DNA of 15,997 nt, from positions 1 to 15,997 of the forward strand of contig CAZJUB010000062.1 in assembly GCA_964549075.1 (NCBI GenBank), written 5' to 3'. Of the stretch, positions 1-8,400 are shown in pieces. Source of the DNA: an uncultured archaeon. GTDB lineage: Archaea; Asgardarchaeota; Heimdallarchaeia; Heimdallarchaeales; Heimdallarchaeaceae. Position numbers and translations under genes: made by a program. The notes beneath the pieces are model-generated. The model searched no databases. It saw only the letters and a list, made by a program, of their open reading frames with translations, and was not told the DNA's origin. How positions within the stretch are numbered: the first letter of the stretch is position 1; every line of letters begins with the position of its first letter.

Positions 1-400
1 CCAAGTCTTCATCAGTAATGTCAAGAGCGCTTATTCCTATCATAACAATAATTAAAATAAACAAAAAAATTCCTATATATTCTGAAAGTCTTATTTTTTC
101 TTTAAGAATCTTGACTGCTCCGATAACAAGAGCAACCATTCCAACAGATGCTAATCCTGGAATCAAAGCTCCCCCTATATACATCTGAGCAAGCATCAGT
201 AATGCTCCACTTGCCCCCATAATCAAGATTAAACCTGTGACCCAATAAGGACTTTTGAATAATTTCTTGTAGAATCCTTTACCTCTTTCATGTTTTGGAA
301 TCTTATTAATTGCAAATTTCTGTAAAAGAGCACCTGAGTTGTTAGCTAAACCTCCAGCTAGTGCAAGTATGATACCAAGGATAAAAAAGAAATTTGTCAA
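1..400 (-). CDS. DMT-superfamily membrane transporter, NIPA/Mg2+-transporter-like (partial, runs off the window start)
   Basis: Not in the ORF track. Manual translation from TTG at 400: MTNFFFILGIILALAGGLANNSGALLQKFAINKIPKHERGKGFYKKLFKSPYWVTGLILIMGASGALLMLAQMYIGGALIPGLASVGMVALVIGAVKILKEKIRLSEYIGIFLFILIIVMIGIS. It has about 4 hydrophobic helices and the DMT-typical LKE-x(7)-G signature, and stays open to base 1. Confidence 0.8.
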   Translation of the reverse strand, partial: MTNFFFILGIILALAGGLANNSGALLQKFAINKIPKHERGKGFYKKLFKSPYWVTGLILIMGASGALLMLAQMYIGGALIPGLASVGMVALVIGAVKILKEKIRLSEYIGIFLFILIIVMIGISALDITDEDL

Positions 401-477
401 TATTCTTCTTCTCTCTATTTTGCTTAATTTTAAGGTATGGGTAAGAATTAAAATATTATGGCTCAAAAAATAAAATT

Positions 478-1029
478 CTAATCAGTTCTCCAAATCTCTT
501 GATTAAATGCAGAGATATAATATTGATAGCATCCCTGATATATTATTTCCAGAGTTATGTTTACATAGACATGTGGACCCCACTTCGGTCCTCCATCTGC
601 TCTTAATGTGATTGAATTCTGTGTTGGATCCCCTATTTCTAGAAGTTGTAAATTAGCAGTCCATGTTTCATCATTATAAAAAACCCACATTCGCTCAGAA
701 GTATAATTCTCTATAGGAAAATTTGTTTCATTTATTGCTTTTAGATGAATAACCGCCATCAAATCTGTACCTCCAGGAGGACAAATGGGCATAAAATCTC
801 TCCACAAAAAATTATCGAAAGTAAAATTGATTCCTGCAATGGTAATTATTTCTACAAATGGTGCTGATTCATTTTCATCATTCGGATTTATAGGATTTTT
901 GATTTGATTCCCATTTGAATCATCAACATTTCTTAAATTTAGTTGAATAACAACTGTTGGAACAACTATACTAGCTGATACTATAATTGCTGCAGTTACA
1001 ATAAAAACTAATTTCTTTGTAATTAACAT
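478..1029 (-). CDS. Hypothetical membrane-anchored/secreted protein (about 183 aa)
   Basis: N-terminal hydrophobic helix (LVFIVTAAIIVSASIVVPTVVI), an Asn/Asp-rich linker, then a beta-rich domain with WRDFMP and GGPKWGP motifs and 5 N-x-S/T sequons. ATG at 1029 is preferred over 1086 because a TATA-like box lies about 26 nt upstream. Confidence 0.8.
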   Translation of the reverse strand: MLITKKLVFIVTAAIIVSASIVVPTVVIQLNLRNVDDSNGNQIKNPINPNDENESAPFVEIITIAGINFTFDNFLWRDFMPICPPGGTDLMAVIHLKAINETNFPIENYTSERMWVFYNDETWTANLQLLEIGDPTQNSITLRADGGPKWGPHVYVNITLEIIYQGCYQYYISAFNQEIWRTD

Positions 1030-1054
1030 TCTCAAATAAATACTTCCTTTTCTA

Positions 1055-1069
1055 TACTTAAATTTCTTG
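1055..1069 (-). promoter_or_regulatory. Putative archaeal BRE/TATA promoter for the 478-1029 gene
   Basis: The minus strand reads CAAGAAA-TTTAAGTA, ending about 26 nt upstream of the ATG at 1029. Confidence 0.45.
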
Positions 1070-1165
1070 TCGACATTCTTTTTCATTTATTCATCTTTTC
1101 ATGTATTTCCTTATTTTAGAATTCAGCAAACAAGCATTATATTAAGAAACAACATTGTGCAAATT

Positions 1166-1312
1166 ATGATAACTTCCATCAAGAAAGAAGAAAAACGATA
1201 CATCATCAAAGAATCAGATTGTTCTTACTGCTATCAGATTCAAAATGAAATAGATCAAGAAAAGAAAAGAGCCCTCTATAATTTCATATTATACAGAGGT
1301 AATCTATCCTGA
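1166..1312 (+). CDS. Candidate 48-aa small protein with a CxxC motif
   Basis: MITSIKKEEKRYIIKESDCSYCYQIQNEIDQEKKRALYNFILYRGNLS. It is K/E-rich like the host proteins, has TTATATTA at 1137-1144 upstream and a T7 tract at 1316-1322 downstream, and fills an otherwise empty gap. Confidence 0.55.
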   Translation: MITSIKKEEKRYIIKESDCSYCYQIQNEIDQEKKRALYNFILYRGNLS

Positions 1313-1322
1313 TTATTTTTTT
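1313..1322 (+). terminator. Putative archaeal oligo-T terminator
   Basis: TTATTTTTTT immediately follows the TGA at 1310-1312. Confidence 0.4.
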
Positions 1323-1327
1323 CCTCT

Positions 1328-1342
1328 CGAAATTATTATAAG
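1328..1342 (+). promoter_or_regulatory. Putative BRE/TATA promoter for the GNAT gene
   Basis: CGAAA followed by TTATTATAAG, ending about 22 nt before the ATG at 1364. No Shine-Dalgarno sequence is visible. Confidence 0.45.
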
Positions 1343-1363
1343 TGTCACTGATTCTGAAATCGC

Positions 1364-2263
1364 ATGTCAGATTATGTGATTAAACCTTATAATGAATCGT
1401 ATATTGAAAAGCAAGTTGAAATAGGTAATACATTTGCAAATAGATGGATTGCTTATGGTCAAACTCAAGTAGAACAGCTTAAAGAAAGATATTCTGCTGA
1501 CGATTTTGATCCTGAAACTCGACTCTATTGTTTTAAGGGAGAGGAGATGGTAGGATTTATCGGTGCAAACATTGCAGAAGTAGAAGAAGATGAAAAGAAG
1601 ATTAAGAGAGCACAATCTAGATTAGCTTTTGTTCTTCCAGGTAACGAAGGAGCTTTTGATCTATTATACAATCAATTAGTTGAAGTACTCAAGAAAAAAG
1701 GAGTTGTTGAGATAGAGACACCTCAAACAATTCTTAATGATAATTACTATGAATTAGCAGAAAAATTAGGTTTCGCTAAAACTCGAACAGCTGGAGATCT
1801 ATTCTTGTGTGATTTATCAAAATTGAATCCTTTTGAGACAGAACATGAAATTGTAGATTACAACCATGAAACAGATGTAAAACAAGTAAGAACGATGTTA
1901 AACGCAGCTTATCCAAATTTAACAGGAGATAATCTTGAAACTTATGTGAACAGAATAGCTAATAATCCAAATTTAGTTAGTTATCGTGTTATCAAAGATG
2001 GTGATGAGATTCTTGCTTATTGTGCTACAACCTCTGGCAATGCCGAAGCTACAGGTCAAACTTCCCTTTTAGTCGGAAAAAGTTCAGATTTGAAACGACA
2101 CCTAATATCTGATGCTCTTACTACTCTAAAAGATAAGGGATTCAAACAAGCTATTATCTTCTTAAATCTAAATCTTGAACTTGAAAAAGAAGAAGCTGAG
2201 GATTTCAAAGCTGTTGGATTTGAACATGCTGCATCCTATGATTTCTTAAGAAAGAAACTGTGA
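1364..2263 (+). CDS. Tandem GNAT-fold (acyl-CoA N-acyltransferase-like) protein
   Basis: Two repeats of about 150 aa with a GNAT-like pattern: YVIKPY...CFKGEEMVGFI...LKKKGV...EKLGF and HEIVDY...IKDGDEILAY...LKDKGF...KAVGF. Confidence 0.7.
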   Translation: MSDYVIKPYNESYIEKQVEIGNTFANRWIAYGQTQVEQLKERYSADDFDPETRLYCFKGEEMVGFIGANIAEVEEDEKKIKRAQSRLAFVLPGNEGAFDLLYNQLVEVLKKKGVVEIETPQTILNDNYYELAEKLGFAKTRTAGDLFLCDLSKLNPFETEHEIVDYNHETDVKQVRTMLNAAYPNLTGDNLETYVNRIANNPNLVSYRVIKDGDEILAYCATTSGNAEATGQTSLLVGKSSDLKRHLISDALTTLKDKGFKQAIIFLNLNLELEKEEAEDFKAVGFEHAASYDFLRKKL

Positions 2264-2301
2264 GAAAAATATTCTTTATTACTTTTTTACGATAATAAAA
2301 A

Positions 2302-3240
2302 TTAAAGATTATATTTAACTCCAGTTAATTCTTCTGATAATTCCCACAGTCGTTTTGCGATTTTTTGATTACGAGATCTCCTATTTGATGGTTTAATTAT
2401 AGGATAACCTCTTAGATGCAAGAATTTTTCTGGACTATAGTATTCTCCTCCTTTAGTATTAGGATCAAATGCTGCTCTAAGTTGAGGGAGCACACCCATA
2501 TCTACTGTTTGAGACATAAAGATGTTCAAGAAATTCCAAAATCTAATTTGACCTTTAGATTGATCAATTTCTCCACCTGCTGTTTGTAGGTTAGTTCTTG
2601 TCCATCCTGGATGAGCTATTGTACTTATTACTGAACTACCTTTTTTCTTTAATCTTCGATTTAATTCATATCCAAAATAAAGATCTGCAATTTTGCTATT
2701 ACTATATGCTCTGATTTTATTATATATCCCCTTTTCGTAGTTTAAATTCTTAAAATTGATTTTACCGAATCTATGAGCCATACTAGCTATAGAAACTACC
2801 CTCGAATTGCCTGTTTTCTCAAGAGTATCTAATAACAGTCCAGTTAAAATAAATTGTCCAAAATAATTTGTAGCCATATGAAACTCAAATCCATCTTCTG
2901 TTATCATTTTTGGAGCAAACATTACTCCTGCATTATTAAAAAGAACATCTAATCTGTCATATTTTGATTTGAATTCTTTTACAAATTTCTTAACAGAGGA
3001 TTGTTTGGATAAATCTATCTGCATGATTTCAAGCAATGCTTTAGGATTTTCTTTCAAAATATCTGATTTAGCTTTTTCTGCTTTTTCCAGATTTCGACAT
3101 GCCATTATTATCTGTGGATTCTTATGTGATAAAACGCGAGTAATTTCAAGACCAAGGCCACTATTAGCTCCAGTGATGATTATTACTTTACCTGTTAGAT
3201 CTGGAATATTATCAAGAGACCAGTTTTGCTTATCTTTCAT
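2302..3240 (-). CDS. Short-chain dehydrogenase/reductase (retinol dehydrogenase/WWOX-like subgroup)
   Basis: TGANSGLG cofactor motif, ACRN (NADP-type), NNAG, catalytic YSNSK (YxxxK), HPG and a C-terminal LWELSEELTG. Confidence 0.95.
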   Translation of the reverse strand: MKDKQNWSLDNIPDLTGKVIIITGANSGLGLEITRVLSHKNPQIIMACRNLEKAEKAKSDILKENPKALLEIMQIDLSKQSSVKKFVKEFKSKYDRLDVLFNNAGVMFAPKMITEDGFEFHMATNYFGQFILTGLLLDTLEKTGNSRVVSIASMAHRFGKINFKNLNYEKGIYNKIRAYSNSKIADLYFGYELNRRLKKKGSSVISTIAHPGWTRTNLQTAGGEIDQSKGQIRFWNFLNIFMSQTVDMGVLPQLRAAFDPNTKGGEYYSPEKFLHLRGYPIIKPSNRRSRNQKIAKRLWELSEELTGVKYNL

Positions 3241-3351
3241 TTTAGTCTATCCATTGATATAGCCTTTGATATCCCTTCTTTGTAAATATTCTGTTTTTTC
3301 TATTTTTTTGTCACAGTAAGATTTATTTCATACAAAATATTACTAGAAACA

Positions 3352-4677
3352 ATGATTTCAAAATTTAAAAAGAAAATAGGTGTTTTATTCTTATTACTAA
3401 TTATGTTTAGTTTAAGCTCTCTGAAAAAGTATTCATCACAAGCTTCTAATTCAGATGTTATTGAACCTTTTCCTGTCTTTAATGCGATAAATGCAACTTC
3501 TTCTACAGAATACTTCAATGAAACTAGTTACCCTAGATATAGTCTAGTTGCAAGGCCAATCGATATGATACTCTATCCAAATAAAGGAAATCCAAAGATT
3601 GTAGAATTTAATGAAGCTTTTGAAATAGTTGTAGATGCAGAAGCTGATACTGATGAGTGGGAATTCTTTTTAGTAAATGATACTACAATAATCGATCTAA
3701 TTGTTCTCAACTCCAACTACTTGAATAATAGATGGTCTTTTAACGTAGAACCAACTGTAAACTCAGCTGGTCTGTATGATCTTCAATTAAATTGCAGTGA
3801 AGGTGATGATTATCAAACACATTCAGTAAAGATTGTTGAAGAAAAATCCTATCCATTCAATTTTCTACATATTTCAGATAGCCATTTTCCATCTTATGAC
3901 ATATACAATACTACTGATATTAACCTCAATTTAATACAAGAACTTAAAGCATTAGATGTAGAGTTTGCAATATTTACAGGTGATTTAATTGAAGGTGCTT
4001 CTGCCCAAATGTTTGTTGACCCCGCAACAGGATATTCTCTTGCAGCAAGTGTACAAATAAAACTTGGTCTCTGGGCTTTTGATTTACTTGATATGCCTGT
4101 ATATATAATTGGTGGAAACCATGATTTGGATTCTTCAGCACCTCTTCCTGATGATCCTCCAGTAGAGTGGAAAAAGTATTTAGGTTCTTATCCTATCATG
4201 AATTTTGATTTTCTCAACTGGTCTTTTATTGGCTATAGTGCAACAATAAATGGTCTAAGTGAAACCTATCTCAACGATGTCAAAGAAATTCTGGATCTTA
4301 CAAGCATAAATCCAAATGTAATGTTTTATCATTCAAATTATCAGAGTCAAGCTACTAATTTAAGAAAATCATACAACATAGAAGTGATGCTATATGGTCA
4401 TGAACACCATTACGAACAATATGTTAGCAAAAATACACTCTACTATTGCCAATCTCCTATGTTTTATAATGAATCATCAGTTTTTACTGTACTTAATTCT
4501 ACTGCTCTTTCATTAAAAGGTACAATATATGATTTTACACCACTACTTGTATATACTAATACAGAAACACAAACTGAAACTGCTAGTATGTCATTTATGA
4601 CAATCATTACAATGTTTTTCCTGATTCCCTATATTGTGAGAAAAAGACAAATTAACTATAACAATTTGAAAGTATAA
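3352..4677 (+). CDS. Secreted, C-terminally anchored calcineurin-like metallophosphoesterase
   Basis: Signal peptide (KFKKKIGVLFLLLIMFSLS), metal motifs DSH, TGD, GNHD, FYH and GHEH, then a Thr-rich linker, a TM helix and a basic RKR at the C-terminus. Confidence 0.9.
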   Translation: MISKFKKKIGVLFLLLIMFSLSSLKKYSSQASNSDVIEPFPVFNAINATSSTEYFNETSYPRYSLVARPIDMILYPNKGNPKIVEFNEAFEIVVDAEADTDEWEFFLVNDTTIIDLIVLNSNYLNNRWSFNVEPTVNSAGLYDLQLNCSEGDDYQTHSVKIVEEKSYPFNFLHISDSHFPSYDIYNTTDINLNLIQELKALDVEFAIFTGDLIEGASAQMFVDPATGYSLAASVQIKLGLWAFDLLDMPVYIIGGNHDLDSSAPLPDDPPVEWKKYLGSYPIMNFDFLNWSFIGYSATINGLSETYLNDVKEILDLTSINPNVMFYHSNYQSQATNLRKSYNIEVMLYGHEHHYEQYVSKNTLYYCQSPMFYNESSVFTVLNSTALSLKGTIYDFTPLLVYTNTETQTETASMSFMTIITMFFLIPYIVRKRQINYNNLKV

Positions 4678-4735
4678 GATAAAATGTGCATCTGTTCGTT
4701 TGGAAAAAAAATATTAAGGTTCATTCTAAATATAT

Positions 4736-5272
4736 ATGATGCCTTTTACTCCAATACATCTAGGTTTTGCTATTTTTGTTTTTAGTATTCTACCTTTTTT
4801 AGATCCAATTGCATTGTTAATAGGAACAGTGATTATAGATTTAGAACCTATTTTTTATTTAATAACTGGTATTGGTCAAATGCATGGCATTATGCATAGT
4901 ACTTTAGGTGTGATTGTTTTTTTCATACCTACTTCATTTTTCAGCTGGTTGTGTTACAGGTTATTCAAGTTAGAAAGGTATCTACCGAAATTTAATATCT
5001 ATATCTCACTTCTTTCAGCGATCTTAGGATTAATTTCTCATGTTTTTTTTGATGCAGTACTTTATCCAGAAATAATGTTTTTTTATCCATTCTCTAAACA
5101 AACTGGTCTTCTCTATGAGTTAATACCTTTTTCAGCAGTATATTGGATACTTGGTGTTATGTCTATTCTAGGAAGTATTATTTTAGGTATAAGATATTAT
5201 GTAAGGTTTAGAAGGCAAAAAAATAAAACAAAAATCAATAATAATACTGTTAATCTTAATGATAACATCTAA
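4736..5272 (+). CDS. Membrane-bound metal-dependent hydrolase (YdjM/DUF4184-like)
   Basis: MPFTPxH at the N-terminus, D-x-E, HGxxHS and SHVxxD motifs, and about 4-5 TM helices. The start may be 4739. Confidence 0.8.
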   Translation: MMPFTPIHLGFAIFVFSILPFLDPIALLIGTVIIDLEPIFYLITGIGQMHGIMHSTLGVIVFFIPTSFFSWLCYRLFKLERYLPKFNIYISLLSAILGLISHVFFDAVLYPEIMFFYPFSKQTGLLYELIPFSAVYWILGVMSILGSIILGIRYYVRFRRQKNKTKINNNTVNLNDNI

Positions 5273-5274
5273 GA

Positions 5275-5371
5275 AGGTATGCCTTGATAGATTAGGTTTA
5301 CTACCTTATTAGATTCTTCCTTTTCGGAATGAACCCCTTTTTAGATGGATACACCTACATTTCGAATGGAC
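5275..5371 (-). ncRNA. Candidate structured RNA (unknown family), or structured 3' UTR of the kinase mRNA
   Basis: Four short helices. Three positions form G-U pairs on the minus strand but A-C mismatches on the plus strand. GC is 36/97 by manual count, and a TATA-like TTTATATG lies at 5398-5391. Confidence 0.45.
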
Positions 5372-5405
5372 TATTTGGATGAGATTTTATCATATAAACT
5401 GAGTT

Positions 5406-8400
5406 TTATTTACTTACTATATCTTCTAATGGAATAATAATATCGAAGCATGGCATTTCTGTAACTTCACAAAGTTTAATTTTCCAATTGTGTGCATCTA
5501 TTAATCTTTTAACTATTGCTAATCCATGAATAGATTCTTTTCCTTTTGTCGAAAAAGTTGATTCTTCAAAAGCTTCTTTGATGATTAGTTTATTGATTAA
5601 TTTCCCATCATTTATGATTTTTAAAACCATACTATCATATTTTTCTTGCTTTCTTACTTCAATTTTTCGAGGTTGTCCATGAAAAACTGCATTTTCAAAG
5701 ATATTTTTGATTATCTGTGATAATTTTTCTTTATCAGCTTTAACTGAGAAAAGGGTTTCAGCTGAAAAACCTATATCTGATGGAATAGTCATTATCGCAA
5801 TAGATTTCAATAATTCGTCTAGATTTACAGTATCTGATTTTTCAACAGTTTGTCCAGCATCTGCAAGTTCAATAGATCTATCGAGGAGTTTTCTCATATA
5901 TTCTGTTTGTTTGTTAATCTTACTTAGATATTCCACAGAATCTTTTTCGTCTTCCAAAATCAAATCAATATATCCTTCTATTGATGAAAGACTATTTCTT
6001 ATATCGTGTGCCATTAAATGAGCAAATTCACTCAATTCCTTCTTTTGTTTAGTAAGTGATTCCATCTCTTTTTGTTTATCAGAAATATCAGCAACAGCTG
6101 CAAGAAAATTGTTAGTTTCAGGAATATAAGTAACTGCGATTAAAATACCTATTTTCTTACCTGCTTTATCAATGAACTTTGTTTCATATTGATCAGGAAC
6201 TGAGCTTGGGTCTGTTATCCTCTTTTTCATAAATTCCCGCATCATATCAAGTTCTGGCTGAGGGATAAATTCTATCCATTTTCTCCCTTCTAGTTCCTCC
6301 TTCTTATAACCAGAAAGATTCGCCATTCTAGAGTTTACTAAAACGATAGTAGATTCCATATCATAAATAACATTAGCCATTCCTGTAGATTCAAATATTG
6401 CACGATAAAGGATTTCTGATTTCTTAAGCTCTTCCTCAGATTCTTTCATATCTGTAATATCAAAGAAAGATACAATATAGTCTTCAGAATTTGGAACGGA
6501 GGTTAAGTTAAGAATTATTTCACGAATATCTCTATTCTTATTGATAAATTTGGTTTCAATATAGGCTGGTACAATATCTGGTTGACTTGTTCTTGAACGA
6601 CTAAACTTAAGTAAACTAGACATCTCTTCTTCAGGGATAAAATCTGTCCAATTTTTTCCTATTATTTCAACTGGTTTATATCCTGTCATATCTTCTACTT
6701 TGGAATTTACTTGTTTTATTATTCTACCTGGTCCCATAATGATATTAGCTGTTCCTGTTGCCTCAAAAATAGTTTTGTACATTTCTGCTGTTTTTTTATG
6801 CTCTCTCTCTTCCTGTTTTGCTTTAGTAATATTAATCATTGAGATAATATATTTATCAGTTTCTGGGATTAAACCCACATGGATTAAACAGTCATATATG
6901 TTGCCTTTTTTATCTGTGAGTTTAGCTTCATACTGTTCTGGAACATTAGAAGGATCTTCGAATCTCATCCTATTTATTTCCTTCAATCTTTCTAAGTCAG
7001 ATTCAGCAACAAACTGTGTCCAGCTCATTTTTCCTTCGACTTCATCTTTAGAATACCCTGAAAAATCAGCTAATCTGTCGTTTATTAATTCTACAGTTGT
7101 GTCTTTTTTTGCAATAACAATAAAAGTCCCAGTCACCTCGAATAAAGTCTTGTAAAGGTTTGCTGTTTCTCTTAATTTTTGTTCATCTAATTTAGTTTGA
7201 GTGATATCTTGTAAAGTAACAATAAAATCTGAAGTACCAGTTATTGTTTTAACAGAAATAAAAGCATCAATTACTTTTCCTGATTTATTCTTGAATGAAA
7301 TCTCATAATTTTCTGGAGCTGCACCTGGTTCTTGGTCATGTAGCTCTTGATATTTAGTAAGTTTTTCAGCATCTTCTGGAATCAAAATTTCTGTCCATTT
7401 TCTCTTTTTTTCTATTTCTTCTCTATTATAACCTGATAATTCAACAAATTTTGAATTTACCATTTTTATTGTTTTATCCTCTGTTACAATTAAATTGGCT
7501 AATCCTGTACTCTCAAAAATCGTTCTGTATAGATTTTCAGATTTTCTTAATTCTTCTTCTTTTCTTCTTATTTCAGTAATATCTATTAGACTACCTTGAA
7601 GTACAAAATCTTCATCTTTTTTGGAACTTATGTTCTGAACATGTTGCCTTATCCATCGAATTTGTCCTTCTTTATGCCTGATTCTATATTCCATATCATT
7701 CTTGAAACCAGGCGTATTCTCGAGTTCATCCCTTATAGATAGAAGTTTATACATATCTTCTGGAAGAACCATATCCTCCCAAGTTAATTTTCCACTGACA
7801 AAATCTTCTTCAGTGTAGCCAGTTATTTCTTCAACAGCACCATGGAAAAAGAATGGTCTAAAATCTATTGAACCTTGGAAAGCAATTCCAGCAAAATTCT
7901 CCACAAAACCTCGATATCTTGCATCGCTCTCTCTAATCGCTTCTTCAATTTCTTTTCTCTTTGTTATATCTTCTCCAATTCCTAATAGTTTTATGATTTT
8001 TCCTGATTCATCTGTTATAGCAGTATTGTGCCAAGCGATGATTCTCCTCTCTCCAAATTTATTAATTATATCAATTTCAGAATATGGAGTAGGTTTTTCT
8101 AATCCTACCATTACTTGCTGAAAATTGAATCTTATTTCATCTACGATATCTGATGAATATACTTTTGTAAACCAATTTTTCCCAATTAAATCCTTTTCAG
8201 AATATCCTAAGACATTAGTAACTTCCTTATTAATTAATTCCACAATTTCATCCTGATTGATTATAACAAACATAACACCAGCTTCATTGAGATAAAGCTG
8301 AGTTAGATCTCTCTCCTCTTTTAACTCTTGTTCTCTTTTTTTCAAAGCTTCTTCTGCATTTTTATGATGGTGCACTGTTCTAATCTGATGAACGAGTTCA

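Noticed and set aside
1067-1165. 5' extension of the 81-aa track ORF
   Set aside because: It overlaps the divergent promoter region and has non-coding-like composition. The ATG at 1166 fits the TATA spacing.
1367-1615. 82-aa minus-strand ORF
   Set aside because: Antisense shadow of the GNAT gene with no recognisable motifs.
2302-3240. WWOX/RDH-like SDR as a eukaryotic signature protein
   Set aside because: It has no WW domains, and this SDR subgroup is widespread in prokaryotes.
2969-3518. ORFs 2969-3262 (+) and 3300-3518 (-)
   Set aside because: Antisense shadows of the SDR and the metallophosphoesterase.
5275-5371. Identification as 5S rRNA, tRNA, SRP RNA, SECIS, hammerhead or c-di-GMP riboswitch
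   Set aside because: The diagnostic conserved sequences are absent (no T-loop cloverleaf, SRP helix-8 internal loop or CUGAUGA core), and no flanking gene has an internal in-frame TGA suggesting a selenoprotein.
5707-7155. ORFs 5707-6021 and 6700-7155 (+)
   Set aside because: Antisense shadows of the histidine kinase.
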